From positions 1 to 64,000 of the forward strand of contig NW_026250411.1 in NCBI RefSeq assembly GCF_024521635.1: DNA of 64,000 bases, given 5' to 3'. Source of the stretch: Tricharina praecox. Taxonomy: Eukaryota. The notes under the pieces are model-generated. The model had not been told where the DNA came from, did not search any database, and worked only from the letters and a program-made list of their open reading frames with translations. The position numbers were made by a program, and so were the translations under genes. The number at the start of each line of letters is the position of its first letter. Position 1 is the first letter of the stretch. Below, piece after piece: positions 1-13,553 of the stretch.

Positions 1-599
1 ACTGCGGCATCAGGATTTCTACGATACATGAAGCAAATTTGGCGATTATAAGATTCAACATAAATGGTCATGATAGCGTATTATCGAGATTATGTACAAG
101 TTTATGGAGAGCCAGCTGTCGCGGAATGCGTAAAAATCGACATGTAGCATCTCCGCAAATTACAGCAATACACAAGATGTCACCCGTGTGTGCACGTGAC
201 TCTCATGAGCAAGCACTCGGTACTTATACCTCTTCCTGTGAGTTATCTATCAGTCATCACGCAGCCCTATTCTAGAATAACTCAGTACAGTCTCGACACC
301 ACCCGACATTATCACCATAGGCATCCCCGTCTTGCACTGAGCTCCTTTCTCTTTTCCAAGCAAATCATCTCATCTCTCAACTCTCATTCCGAATACTTTC
401 TCCCATCTTATATCTCCAACATCCCTCCCAAAACCAAGTGAAACTGTGCATAGACCACGAGCACAAGCTACAGAGAGTAACGACACAGCTGAGTCGAGGA
501 GCTTGCTCGCTCCCCTCTTCCGAACCGAGTCTTCGGACTGACAGCACGCTGCTCTTTAATATAACTCGAGTTAATAAATCTAGACACCAGACATCAATC

Positions 600-686
600 G
601 GTCGCTTAGCTCAGTTGGTTAGAGCGTGGTGCTAATACGGCTTGTATGCAACGCCAAGGTCACAGGTTCGACCCCTGTAGTGATCA
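600..686 (+). tRNA. tRNA-Ile(AAT): tRNA-Ile (anticodon AAT) with 13-nt intron (638-650)
   Basis: Cloverleaf: acceptor GGTCGCT/AGTGATC, D arm GCTC..GAGC, anticodon stem TGGTG/CGCCA with AAT at 634-636, intron after position 37, T arm ACAGG-TTCGACC-CCTGT, discriminator A686. Confidence 0.95.
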
Positions 687-700
687 TTTTTGCCTTTTTT
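687..700 (+). terminator. RNA polymerase III oligo-T terminator of tRNA-Ile
   Basis: TTTTT directly after the discriminator, plus a second T6 run. Confidence 0.8.
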
Positions 701-2842
701 CGGTGGTGGCGGACGGGGAGGACTGGTGGGGGATCACGTGGGTACTGGTATTGAAGGACATTGGTCACCAGCAGTACTCCACTCTAGATAGATATCTAGA
801 TACTACTCTAATCGTCCGGCGATGTTCGACTGTACGCACGCCTAACGAGACTGGCAGCCTGGCAGCTTGGCAGGTGTAGTGAGTTCGCCCCGACAATTGT
901 GCAAGCTCATCGCGTGACCGCCCGTGATTCTGCCCGAGCGGGTCGTTATGTATTCGCCAGGAATGTGGCGTCGCGGAGAGTATCACGGATTCACGGCTCG
1001 GCTTACTGGGCTCTAGACAGGCGGTACTCTACAGACTAAATACGCGAACTAAAACTCCATAACAGCCTCGCCCCGGCTCCACAGACTCGATTCGGGTTTC
1101 GCCGCGTCTCCTTGCTTCACGCCAAAACGCTGTCTTTTGTAGCTCTTTGCTTTGGTCGGGATCACAAGATTCCTACCAGTGGAAGGGAAGGGCGGATGCT
1201 ATTACAGTCAGCATCCACCTCGAACTCCACGGGGCATGTACGCCCACACACGATATGTGGATGGAAAAGGAAGCGTCGAGAAGGTGCGCTTCGTTCGACG
1301 GGGAGGCTGGGGCAGTGTGGAGCAGTACGGGGTAGGACGTGAGGGCCAGCGCCACAGCCAGGGTCAGGGACCATCCCGTGTTTCTCACCCCCCCCCACAC
1401 ACACATCGTCGCAATGAAGCGGCGGATCACTACAGTCACCACAGTCAGCGCTCGAAGGCTCCGCACACCGCCAAGGGGATATGGGGATATGGTTGTGGGA
1501 TAGGATGGATTCGGGGGTGGGGGAACATGTTGCGTCGGCGGGGTGGCTCCCGACGACGGGAATAGCCGCTGGACGGAGAATACACCCGCGAGTGGGTTTC
1601 GTTAGCCAGCTGGCTGCAGATCTCGGAGGGCTGGAGGTAAGGCTTCTGGAAGAAGAATGTTGAGTGGAGGGTTGCTGGTCCGTCTGGGCTCGTGGATGTG
1701 TTGGAGATGGTGTCAGACGGTTCTGGACGGCATGACATGATGAAACCCGCAGGTGTTGCTATGACTCTATGAGGACTGGCAGGTACGTACAAATTGTCAG
1801 CACGGTAAGTATCAACCAGTCATTTACCGCTGTAGCTGGAGCACGCGGAAATCCCCGTGGACCGTGGGTGGTGGGCTGATGCTGATGCTGATGAGTGACA
1901 TATCATGAAGTGTTGCCTCTCGACTCCTGACGATTGAGCATCCATCAGCAGCACGGAGTTTTTATATTCTGGTTGCTCTAACACTCAGTCCTCACAGCAT
2001 TCCGCAGGCTGCAGACTCCGGGTGCATCAACCTGCCAGCAGTCCAAGGCTACTATTATCACGAGTGCTGCACTTGTCACTTGACGGTTTCGTCGGCGACA
2101 GCGACTGCAGGCCCCAGGGAACATCACCTCCGCCAGCAGCTACAAGGAGAACTACTCGCAGTAGCCGTTGTGCTCACAAAGTGCTGGCGTACCATCCAGA
2201 TCCCAGCCCCTCCCACACGTTACACGCTTGCATACTTCGCGCCGAGACCATTCCTCGACTCTTCGAGTCCTCCTCCCCATCTTCCTCCTCCTCCGCCGCT
2301 GCGAGACAGCACGTAGCACACGTACCCGGAATAGCAGCTGCATGACATCGATAATGAGAATGAGAGGGTGTGGGTGGGGACCACCGCCAAGTTCCACGTT
2401 CCAACGCCAACGGACGTACATACCGCACAGTAGTCTTCCCCCTCCTTGCGTCCGTCCGCCCTGCCGTCCCTCCCTCCCTCCCACCCACCCACGTGACACA
2501 CCGTACAGAGGCGCCGAGTGTTCTCCCTTCTGTTGCAGCGGCGATCATGTCTCCGCCTCCGTGCTGCTGCAGCAGCGTAATAGGTATGCACCTCAGACTG
2601 ACGGCATGGCATGGCACTACCAGATGAGCCTGAGGCCTGAACGATCGGCGTTTGCTGATACCTCCCTTCCAAGTTCCCTTCCCCCCCCCCCGCAATCCAG
2701 GTATGGATCGTAACTGGAAGGGCAGGGTGGCGTGCAACGGTGCAAAGGTGCAAGTGCCGAGGTGAGGAATGTGGATGTGGATGTGGATGTGACGCGCTGT
2801 GGATGTGCAAATTCAGCCCGTTAGCCGGATTCGGATGATATA

Positions 2843-2880
2843 TAGGTAGGTAGGTAGGTAGGTAGGTAGGTAGGTAGGTA
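2843..2880. repeat. (TAGG)n microsatellite, about 9.5 units
   Basis: Perfect tandem TAGG. Confidence 0.95.
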
Positions 2881-4330
2881 CTTGGGTATCATACGTTCCG
2901 CGGGTGAAGATTGTTATCCACTGGTCCTGGGGGATTAAGGTTTCCGTGGGGACTAGTAGCATTCCCGTAGTGAGATGGAAGGGGTGGTACTGACACTAGC
3001 ACGGCTTGGAGAGACGGTATGTACTAGATACTTGGTTTCAAGTCCTCGTGGTGGCCTGGTGCTGATGGTGGTCGATTGGACGGTCCGACCTCCGGATGGG
3101 TGGTTGGCAACTTGGCAGGGAGGGAATAGATGATGAGGTGTGTGGTATGTACCGGTATGTACAGGTGTGTAGATACGAGGGCGAAACGTGGTACTCTCGT
3201 AGCCTACGAACGACATCCCTCCTGGAACGGTGGAACTCCGAGTACGACACTAATATGTACCTTTTGTATCGCGTCGTGTCGTATCGATTGGCCGATTCCT
3301 GCTGTTACGTACGGCCGAGCACTGCAAAGTGCAATTTCTTCTGTCCAGTGTCCAGTGTCCGGTGTCCATACGTAAACGCCAACACCTCGCCGACCGATGT
3401 GTAGTCCAGCAGGTTAGTGGGGCGGGAGTGCCGTTGGAATACCTACGCCGGTAGTATGTTCCATCTTACCTGCTGTACTGTAGGCCTGCTGCGGTGCTGC
3501 ATGCTGATGATACCGTAGTGCGGTATTTCCTTCTAGACGCTGTAGAATCCTGAGGATGATTGGACTGCCCCCTCCCCCCTCCCATCGTCTCCCCCTCCAA
3601 TGAATCGATGCGTTGTGCACATCTATCCTGTCGTAAGATTTCCTCTGGTGTCAGCGTGGATCGCCGCCGGTGATCGTCCAAGCCTGTTGTTAGGCTGTCA
3701 GGCTTTCACAGTGTCACTCGATTTCAAGGTCCTCCGCCCAGGGACCAGACGGCTTTCTCCAACCTATACTACCGTACCGTTTCATGATGTTAGTACATGC
3801 CGATATCGCCGCCATTGTATGTAGGATGTAGGTACCTTGTACATACCACTGCCCATGTCGCCGCATCCCCGCGCAGGCTATCACTGCCGGTGTCGGATTT
3901 GGATGAACCTAACATCACATCACATCCCACCAAAGCACAGATACCTGCGATGCACCGTCAGCCCAAAACACGAATATTTCTCGAACCTTGATTCCCTGAT
4001 TCCCTGACTCCCTGATTCCCTGAATCATCAGACTTCCGCCAAATCAAAACCCTTGCTCGCATCATACAGCATCATACCATCAGACGGCAACCGCCGCAAA
4101 CACTTAGAGGCGCCTTGACGCCGAGGTCGCCGCGTGCATGATGCACACCTACCTTCCGCAGTGTGTGTCCGTTTGTCCGTGTGTCCACGTGTGCGAAAGC
4201 AGCCAGGCAGCGGTAATCGTAAGTTGAGTTAGAGTACGGTCTGCCCTACGACGATTTGGCGGGGGGGGCTGAAGAATCATCACAAACGGGACGATGCAAC
4301 CCTCGCCTCTTCTACCGATACCCGCCCTCC

Positions 4331-4577
4331 CTGCAGAAATTGCTTGCAGACTCAGTGCTCACATCTTCCATCTCCCTCCGCAAGGCTTTCTCGGGGCACA
4401 TCATCCTCATCATCTGCCATCCGCGGTAAATCGCGCGAGTCCTCAGTTCTAACCGCTGTCTCTGCAGAAATTGATCGCAGAAATTGAATTGGTCGCAGAC
4501 TCAGTATTTTCTTGTCTCCCCAAGGCTTTTTCATCTGCCATCCGCGGTAAAACGCGCGAGTCCCGAGTTCTAACCGC
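4331..4577. repeat. Imperfect direct duplication, 2 copies of about 115-130 bp
   Basis: Both copies start CTGCAGAAATTG and share GCAGACTCAGT, CAAGGCTTT and TCATCTGCCATCCGCGGTAAA.CGCGCGAGTCC..AGTTCTAACCGC. Confidence 0.85.
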
Positions 4578-5350
4578 GTTCGTGCGCATTCCCGGCCTGC
4601 TGATGTGGTTAGGGTGCGTGCGACGCGGCAAATTTTGGGGCCACTGGAGAGGTCATTTCCGCAGTCTTTACTGAGACTCGAGAGAGTGGAGGAGAGATGA
4701 AAACGGAGAGAGTGAATTCGTGAGGATGAGTGAGAGGAAAGGAGAGAGAGAGACAGAGAAGGAGCGGTGCAATCACCGTTGCATGCAAGTACCTAGCAGA
4801 GCAAGCCAGCCGCGATCAAAGATGCGGTCGAAAGCGCATGGTTCGCCGTTCCTCAAGGCTCAATGGTACTAGTTGACGCGAAGCGCAATCCGTCGCACAA
4901 AAACCATTTGCGCAGCAGACTGCAGTTCCTAAACTTCCAGAACATCCATAACTTCCTTTCCCCGCGAATCCATGATACGATACGATACTCGAGATAACTA
5001 CGGTAAAAGCGCCAGCCGATAAAATCTGTCATTGGCCGATTGGCATTCCTTCAACTGAACGCATGGGCGTCAGGCCGCAATTACAGCTCGCTTCCCCCCG
5101 TGCTTATGTAAGATGTAAGAGTCATCGCTTGGGGTGAGTAAGCGAGGTGGGCTATGTGTAGGGAATCGCCTCACCTCACGACTCACGCAAAACGCACGGG
5201 CCCGCTCCTTGGTAACCCTCCGGCCAGTCGGTCGGTTGGGGAGTCGCTCGGTCGGGGAGTCGGTCGGTCGGTCGGACAGTCGGACAGTCGGTTGGCTGAT
5301 TGGTGGGTGGTGGTCCGATCTACTAGTCACAACATGTAGGGAAGCAGCAT

Positions 5351-6034
5351 CAGGGAGGTTCTGTAAAACTTTCTGCTCGTCAACGTCAACGGAACAGGGG
5401 TAGAAAAGAAGGCTAGCTAGTGCTAGCGGGTGGTCGCAGGTGCACCGAAAAACGGAGGTTCTGTAAATTTCCGTGCTCGTGAACGGAACTTCAGCGGCCG
5501 GACCTAACGGCGCCGGCCAAATTCTCAGAAAAATTTCTCTGCCACAGCCGTATAAATCCAGCACCAGCGGTCCACGGGCTTTCTAATTCACCATCAGCGA
5601 TAGATCACTCCCTTTCATTCCCGACGCCCGTTTTTTTTTCCGACGCCCGTTTGGTAAGAGGTCTGGCGGCATGATGGTGAAGCGGTAGACGGTATAGAAC
5701 AAAAACTCTCGTTCGGTACGCCGCCTTTCAGAAAGCCGGGTCATCATGGCTTCCGAACAGCAGTTCACGTGCTTCAGAACAGGCTCCAGTCAATCGGCTT
5801 GTTTGTTTTTTTTCTGCTGACCTTTGTTCCGTTCAGAAAAAAAAAACTCTTCGCAGGACATGCTATGTGCAGAACCCCTGTCCTGCTAGTGCCTTACCCC
5901 GGCGTGAACGGAACGTAGTGTGAAGTAGCGTGAAGGATTTTTCGTCCTATCCTGAAGGACCTCAGCCCGTTGCTGTGGTTATGCCCGTCGTTCCGTTGAC
6001 GTTGGCGAGCAGAAATTTTTACAGAACCTCCCTA
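5351..6034. mobile_element. Non-autonomous TIR element (hAT-like ends), about 680 bp
   Basis: About 44-bp inverted repeats (AGGGAGGTTCTGTAAAACTTTCTGCTCGTCAACGTCAACGGAAC versus its near-perfect reverse complement ending at 6033). Ends read CAGGG/CCCTA. Internal partial TIR copy near 5454-5490. No TSD or transposase seen. Confidence 0.75.
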
Positions 6035-8236
6035 TCGGGCGGTCGGGAATGGACATCGGTCCTTCAATCTTCTTTCCCTTCCTTTTCTTGCCTTTCCTTT
6101 CCTTTTTTTCTGTTCTTTTTATTTCTTTTTGTTATTGCACGTTCCTTTTATTTTCTTTTTGTGGTTGTTCTCTTCTTTTTGTTCCGTTTTCTTTTCTTTT
6201 TGCCGTTCCTTTCTTTTTTCGCTTCCATGATCTCCGGCTCGCGGATGTTCAATTCTCGCTTTGAGGAAGAAAAAAACTCGCCGGAATCAGCCTGGCCCGC
6301 CCCTAGTCACTGCGACTGAGATCCCGTGGAAGCCTGAGTACTCTAGTAGATTCGTCGTTGAAGCTCGCGACTGCGTTCATTCCCCCCGTCCCCCCAGGCC
6401 AATCCCAGGTGGTGTCTGGTAAGTCGCGAAGTCGCTTCCCCTGCCCTGCCTTGCCCTGCCCTGTCCGACGATGCCGTGGGGTCCGTTCCATCCCATCCCT
6501 TGCCTTCCCTTCCCCCCAGTGCCCCCTAACCATCGGTTCCAGAATCCAGAATCCACTCGACTCTGGAAGCGAGGGAGGGAGCCAAGGAGCCAGGGAGCGC
6601 CCCGGAGCGAGGGAGCCGTGGACACTGGACGGACGAAGATCTGCCCTGGTCCAACTCTATCATACCGGCGACAGTGCTGGAGACGAGCCTCAGATGTAAG
6701 ATGGGAGCTCTGAGAATTGCTGCCAGGTGTGTGTGTACTCTATGTTGGTGTGTGTAGAGTAGGTTCTCACCTACCTACACTGCAGAGGCTTACTATGACG
6801 GTACCGTAGGCGTAAGCCCGGAATATTATCCCGGTGATAGACCTCCGACCTCAGACCTCAGATGACAGTCATCAGTTTTCAGATGAGAGACAGACAGGCA
6901 GACGGTATGTAGGGAAGACAGAGAGGCGCATTTCACTGCATGCTGCCGCGCGCACGCGCGGTGAGGATCCGCCAGTAGAGTACAGACAATCCATTGGCTT
7001 TGAGGGACTGGCTTTGAGATACCTACAGAAGTTACCTACATACCGGTATACTGGTATCTTGGTAGTAGGAATGGAAGTCTTTCATTCCCTAAATCACCCC
7101 CCGCCGTTCACGGTTCGAGTCTGTGGCTGTGTAGAGTATGTAGAAAACTGAATCTCGCCTCACTCGCCTCGTTCGCTTCGCAGGGGTCGTGGTCACGGTC
7201 GCTGGTAGAGCACATAACCGAGTCCCTACCGTACATACCGCACCCTACCGTAGGTACCATACGCGCTCACGCCGATCCCCATCCCATCGTCAAAAGCCAA
7301 AACAGCCGGTGAGGGTGAAGAGAAAAAGAAAATAGCGTGCGTAAGGGGAAGATGGAAGGGAGGGAGGGATTCCCCTGCCAATTCCTGCAGAATCCACAGA
7401 ATCTTCCATTTCGTCTCCCCAAAATTCCAAAATTCCAGATTCCACTTGTGTGCAGATCCGAGACAGGCCCCTAGAGCATGCCGATACGAAGGAAGGAAGG
7501 GAAAACGCAAGCTTCTCTGCAGATATAGGATTTCGAACGCATCCAAACTGAAAGCCAAGTTACTTATGTAATGTATCATAAAAGAAAGCAGAAAAATAAA
7601 CACAACTCCAGTCTCCAGCCGTAACTACGGCATGCGCAAAGTATAGTAGTAAACCGGGAGCAAAGCAAGCAAGAAAGCAAAACAAAGCCATCCCATCCCA
7701 TCCCCTCCCCCTATGGTAAGAAGTAAGTACATACATGAAACAGAAATCCACAAAAAACCAGCTCGACGAGAAGTCAACAGTGATGGCGACAACAACTGTG
7801 CAGATGAAAAGATACCCCCCAACCCCACCCCATCCCACCCCAGTGTAAAAGACGAAAAGAAAATCATCGACAGTTGAGAAAAGAAAAATCAAACAATCGA
7901 GCAAAACAAGACCCGTCCCATAACTCCAGCTCTGTAGTAAAAGGTATCCCCACAAAGAACCTGTCCCAACCCCAGCCAAGTTTAACAAGTCGAAACACAA
8001 AGAAACATGTAGAAAAAAGAAAAATAAATAAGAGAGCAATAGCCAAGTCCAGAAGCCGTTATACACGCAAAAGATCTAGGAAATAGACATGAACGTCAAA
8101 GATCCCAACCCGCAAAAGAAAGAAAAAAAAGAAACAAACAGGCCCGGTTGTCCTCGTGCGCGCCTCTCGGAGTATGTTTCGCATCTCGAGTGCCCAAGCA
8201 CATCCGGGGGGTTTTCCAGTGAAACTCGTTGTCTGA

Positions 8237-9643
8237 CTAGCTATTACTCTCCCTGCTGGGCATCAGAAACTCGATCCCCTCATCGGTCATTTGAGTGCGG
8301 TCTCCCCACCCTTCAGACCCTTGGGATTGCTCGTCGGTAGAGCCCTTGCGGTGTCTCTTGCGAGACTTGATCCTACGAGCGACACGAGTGGATCCCGCTT
8401 TGCATGGCGCCCGAAGGGATGACATCAAGTCGGCACTCTCGGGGCTTAGTTCGATTCGTCCGTATGGGATCTGGCGGCGCATCTTGAGCGCCTTGGCGAT
8501 GGCAACCTGTTCCTCGTTAGGTTGGTGCCAGGTTTGAGCGAGTGGATGGCCACTTACAGCGTTCGAAAGGTCATGCTGATCTTCTTCATCGGTCGTTGCT
8601 GACGATACGGCGATTGGAACCATGAGATGCGGATGAAAATCATCGTCGTCCTGGTCTCCTGTCTCGGACTGTTGATTGCTCGGTGGCATGGGGCTATTGG
8701 ACTCCTGCATCAAGTGATCTTCCTCGTCGCTCTGTAGCGGGCTCGTCTCATCCTCCTCCTCCTCTTCTTGTTCGTCTTCTCTACCCTCGCTACTGTAGCT
8801 ACCACTCGTGTCCATCCGCAGCTCGGGCTCCGATCCATGCTCAGCCTTCGAAGCCCGCCACTTCTCGAACTCGGCACGCTCCTCCTCTGTGAAGGCTCCC
8901 GTCATCCACCAATAGCGTCTGTTCGTTTTCTCCAGGATTCCGAGTTCGGGCCGCCCACAGGTTGCCTTCTTCCGGTCCCTAACGGATTCCTCCAGGAGAC
9001 GATAGTACCGGGATTGCAGGCCGGGAATCTTGCGTGGTCGTGTGGTTCCATCCCAATGCCACGTTTGATTGAATAGCTTGGTCGAGCACTCCCACGACTG
9101 GCACAGGTCGTCGCGGCAGAAGCGGATGAAGTCATCCTCTTCCGGCCGATACGCAGGGCGACCTTCGCGTCGTTTGGCTGCCGGAGAAGGCGAGCGCGAG
9201 GAGTCGGGCACTCGACGCTTTGAACTTGGCGCCGGGGTAGACGCAATTGACTGTGTGTTCTTTGCTGAGGGTTCCGGTGGTTGCTGGGCAGCCTTTGCGA
9301 CGTCAGCATCACATCCTGGGGGGGAAACCATTGTGGTAGCAAGGGTAGTAGATACCACAGAGGTCGATGATTCACCTCCGCAGAGAGAGGCCGACGCGGC
9401 GTGAAGCAAGGACTGTATTCCTGGATTTTGTGGCCGTGGTGGTGATGCTGGTCCTCCGATTGGCGGTTGTGCGAAGGGTCTCCGGTGCTCGGTAGAGTCC
9501 ACCGGACCACCATGTGGCTGGTGCGCGTATGGCATGGAGTGGGTGTTGGTACCGGTTGATGTGGTTGGCCTCGACCTTCGGTCCGGAGACTGATGTGTTT
9601 CCGAACGAACCGAGGAAGCGAGTATGTCTTTGAGAGGCAGCAT
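8237..9643 (-). CDS. Myb/SANT-like domain protein, putative transcription regulator (about 468 aa)
   Basis: Long ORF; first ATG at 9643 (the ORF track starts at a TTG). Segment RPAYRPEEDDFIRFCRDDLCQSW...RKIPGLQSRYYRL resembles fungal Myb-like helix-turn-helix domains. Flanks are low complexity and acidic, with a basic NLS-like RRIKSRKRHRK. Confidence 0.75.
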   Translation of the reverse strand: MLPLKDILASSVRSETHQSPDRRSRPTTSTGTNTHSMPYAHQPHGGPVDSTEHRRPFAQPPIGGPASPPRPQNPGIQSLLHAASASLCGGESSTSVVSTTLATTMVSPPGCDADVAKAAQQPPEPSAKNTQSIASTPAPSSKRRVPDSSRSPSPAAKRREGRPAYRPEEDDFIRFCRDDLCQSWECSTKLFNQTWHWDGTTRPRKIPGLQSRYYRLLEESVRDRKKATCGRPELGILEKTNRRYWWMTGAFTEEERAEFEKWRASKAEHGSEPELRMDTSGSYSSEGREDEQEEEEEDETSPLQSDEEDHLMQESNSPMPPSNQQSETGDQDDDDFHPHLMVPIAVSSATTDEEDQHDLSNAVSGHPLAQTWHQPNEEQVAIAKALKMRRQIPYGRIELSPESADLMSSLRAPCKAGSTRVARRIKSRKRHRKGSTDEQSQGSEGWGDRTQMTDEGIEFLMPSRESNS

Positions 9644-12365
9644 CTTGTTGGAAGAGAGGGTGGAAGATTCTGTCGTATGAATTGTGGGTAGCGGCAAGGT
9701 AGAATATGCACTGGGAAGCAGCAGAAGAGAGGAGGCGGTGCCGGGTACAAGTAAAGGCAGTAATTCAAAGGTGGTGGTGGTAGAAAAGGCAGCCCGCGAT
9801 CATCGCATTCGATATGGCAGGTTTGTTCGAGGGGACGCTGTCTGTGTTCTAGAACAATCCGGGGTGATGTGAGTTGACAATGTAAACACCTCAATGGAAT
9901 AGAATGAGATGGAAGGAATGGAAGGAAGGTAGTGGTGCCTGGTCTTGTGGGATCTTAAATGGAACTGAGGAAGAAGGGAGGGAGGGGGTAGAAGAGCAAG
10001 TGGGCAGGTATGGAGGGTGGGTGGTGACGAGGAGTAGAAGAGCGGAGAGGGAGTGACGGGGGAGGTATGGATCGTTGTTTCTCCGTACCTCAGTAGTCTG
10101 CGCTATCCTGTCAGCCGTTTGTGTGCAGCCTCGCGCCCACACACCCCAAACAAACAAAGAGAATGCGCTCTCGATCGCAAGGCTCTTCCTCGAAGGTTTC
10201 TGCCTTAATTGTGTGTTTTCTTTGACGTCGGTGGTGCTGGCGGCGGGCGTATGGCTTCGACTTGAACTTCGGCGATACAGAAAGTTGGCACGCAGGAACA
10301 ACAACAACAGTAAGTGCGAAGTCCAGGCCCCGGAGAAGTGAAGGCTCGGGAGAAGACGAAATAGAACAAGTTTTTGAATGGGGTGGTTGAGCCTTACTAC
10401 CCCCGACACGGGAAAGGTACCAGCAGCAGCAATGACGGTTGCAACTTGCAGCACTGGTTGTGCCTCGAGCCTAGCGCGCGTACGTCGCGGTACCGTGGGT
10501 CGTTCGAATCGATCGGACGTGTGTAACTGGCCGGCTCTGTTTGTCGGGCCTTGTTATATGCGAAGGCCGGCAGGCTGGCAAGAGAACGGGCCAATTCGAC
10601 CGCTGCGAGTTGGACAAGGCGGTCAAGACAAGCACACGAAAAAATCAGGCAAAACGGAGAGAGATTCGGTCTATTGTCTGCACTCTGGACTGTACGGATC
10701 CACCCCCGCCCCACGCGTTGTCTCTTCCTCGCTCGAGAGCGTTCGGCCGGCGTGTTTGTTTGTTTGTTTGCTTGCTTGTGTTTTTTTTTGTCGCGAAACC
10801 GAACACTTTCCGTTGTCCGATACGGGGAGAACTGGATTGTCCTTCGGAACGGAGTACGGTATTGTCGGCTGCGGCGGTGGTGCGCGGTGGTGGTGGCGGC
10901 AGCTCTGGTGCTGGCGCTGGCGGGTGATATGGATTGATGCTGCCAGGCAAGCAGGCGACGGGCGGACGGATGGCGACGGGCGAATGACGACGGGCGGACA
11001 GTTGGCCGCGAGGTTGCGATTCGAACAAGCTGGCAGGCACAGAGGATCGATCTTCGGGCTCGAGGTATGTGGACTTTGCAGACGCGCACCCAGGCGCTTG
11101 GTTCATTATAAGAGTTGGGGTTGATGAGTTCCCCAGCATTAGGGGCTTCCAGATTGAGAGATCCGGGGTCTGTGCTTGGTGGGTGCGGCACTCAATTCTC
11201 TCCGCCATCCCTCCCCCCATTCCTCCCCACCTCTCCCTGCGCACCGATGAGATAGCCCAGTCTGCCGCCGCCCCCAATGCAAAGACCCGTCGCTGGGTAT
11301 TTGGTACTTGCTAGTTGCTTGGTTACTCTAGAGCAACCAGACCAACTAACGACTTGGCCGTTCGGATCCTCTCGCCTCCCACATCAGTGCTTAGGTTGTT
11401 GCGGATATCCCGTATCTGCATGGGGTGGCGGGGCTGCCTATACTCTAAGGTGATAGTGCCGGTATCGTTTCTCCACGTACTAGTTATCAGAGGTAAGTGC
11501 TTGATTGTCTGTCCTCAATCACCGCAGAGCACTGACTACATATCGCAGGTAACTAAGCGGATTTCTAGATATCGTCACGATTCCGCGGATAAAGGGAGAG
11601 GCCGTGTGTATGTATCGGTATTCTGGTGCCACGCTCGGGGTCGTGGGGGGCGATGCCTGGGAGGCTGCAGGCAGGAGCTTCTTTGACAAGCCCAGGTCTC
11701 GGTTCCCCCAGCCTGCCTGGCCGGGACTTTTACTCTACCAACTGCTCTATATAGGTAGTGCGTGGTCGACGGTGGCATGCCGCCTGCTTCCATTCTGATA
11801 CATGCGGGGCGCCCACTCGCACCCGACCATGAAATCTGCAGGAACGGAGCGTTGGGAACTATATTTCGATCGTCGGCGAAGCTGGTAACCGGTAACCACT
11901 GACCAGAGGCGACTGTCTGTGTACGTAAGGTACGTACCCAAGTTACGGTACCTCTGAGAACTCGGCAAGCCGGTACGGTACGATACGGTGTCTATTCTAT
12001 CTGCTGTCGTGCCAGGCGTCCACCGCAACCGCGCAACCTACATCCATAACGCCATGTAATATAGAGCATCCATTGACCAGCCGTCACATCTAGGGATTCC
12101 AGCCTGCTTCCGGCTATGCAGGATATCACCTCTAGTGGCTCTCGAAAGGTGCTTTTTTACGTCTTCCAGTCTTCCAGATCCTTCCTTCCCTGGCGTGCGT
12201 GTGCGACTGATCCTCTTCCTGATCCTTCATGCCCTCACAGCACGCTGGGGCTCCTGCCGAAACGCTCACCTCCTCTCCTTATTCTCGGTCGCAACCGATG
12301 CATCCGTTCCCAACAGACGGCTACCCTCGAGGTCAGCTCCTCGCTTCACTGCGGTAATCCTCGGT

Positions 12366-12486
12366 AAAGAAAAGAAAAGGAAGAAAGGAAGAAAGGAAAG
12401 AAAGGAAAAAAGAAAAAAGAAAAAAGAAGAAAAAAGAGACAAAAAAAGAAGGAAGAAAAGAATGGCAAGAAAAGAAAGAAAGAAAG
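12366..12486. repeat. Polypurine (AAAG/GAAA-like) low-complexity tract
   Basis: About 120 nt almost entirely A/G. Confidence 0.9.
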
Positions 12487-13553
12487 CATCGCAACAGACG
12501 ATGCAGTTACTATTCCGTGCGCCACACCCTTTTTTTTCTCCTGATCCCACAACCGATTCTCCGGGCCTGCGCCGTCAACTCGGTTTATGCAAAACCGATG
12601 TCCCAGTCCCATGCAAACGGGCTTCCTTCCTGTTCCCAAGAAATCAAAGTCCTTCCTGCCGGCCTCTCCTCGCTCTCGGCACTAGCTAACTAAACAGCAA
12701 CAACCACCCTTGCGGAACTTGGAAGGCTATAACCGGTTAGAAAATCGCACGCGCACCGCCTCGCCTCGCCTGGTGGGCCAGCACCTCCAGCACCTCCACC
12801 ACGCTCCTGCCTCGTCTGTGCCAGCCACACGCAGAGAGCCACACCCTTCTTCGCTCACTGCACCTTCTCGACGCGACCAACCAGCCTTCCCTCCTTTGCG
12901 TCCCCTCGCTCCTGCTCACGGTGCACACCCATAATCAAATTCCGCAGCCAACCGAATTTTTCTGAGGAATTCTCATCATCTGCGACCGAGAGGCACAAAC
13001 CACAAACCGGCCGTCGGAGACTCGGAGAAGTCCAGTCCAAGACAAGTTACTCTACAATCTCACACGCACACGCAAAACCCTCGTCCAAGACTCCACACCT
13101 GCCAAGTTCTGCTGATGTCTCCAGTATCCACAGCCACATCGCCCGCCAAGACGACTCTGCAGAAGCGGAGCCTGGTCGAGTAGACGAGAAGTCGCTAGTC
13201 TTCTTTTCCCCTGGACCCTGCCCAGCTCTGGATTCTGCACGGATCAAAATTGTGAAGAGCCTGCAAGGGTTGAGATATCTACTCTGCTCTACTCTACATA
13301 GCGTACTCTACATACTAGTAGTTAATTGCCGAGACAGACAGTCCTTGCAGCGGATTGGACTGGTTTGGATTTTGTTTGGTTGGGTCGGTTCCTTTCTCAT
13401 CACGGGATTTGCGAGCTTGGCCCTGCCGGGTGCGTCGTTCCAGGCGTGAGTCGGTTGGTTGTTTCGGTTGACAGACAGACGGACAGACTGAGGGTTCGTC
13501 AATTATAGTGGAGAATGATTAATCCCGCTGTCTCTGATTATATGAGTACAGTA

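Noticed and set aside
1112..2810. Multiple overlapping 60-200 aa ORFs
   Set aside because: No recognisable motif or consistent splice model; expected by chance in GC-rich DNA.
5930..6319. Phe/Leu-rich membrane-protein ORFs (also 7560-8066 and 12135-12689)
   Set aside because: Translations of pyrimidine/purine low-complexity tracts.
10075..11314. Overlapping 128-264 aa ORFs upstream of the Myb-like gene
   Set aside because: Mostly non-ATG starts, simple-repeat content and no domain; more likely promoter/UTR.
6068..12486. Pyrimidine tract (6068-6220) and purine tract (12366-12486) as long inverted repeats
   Set aside because: Only compositional complementarity; no specific alignment seen.
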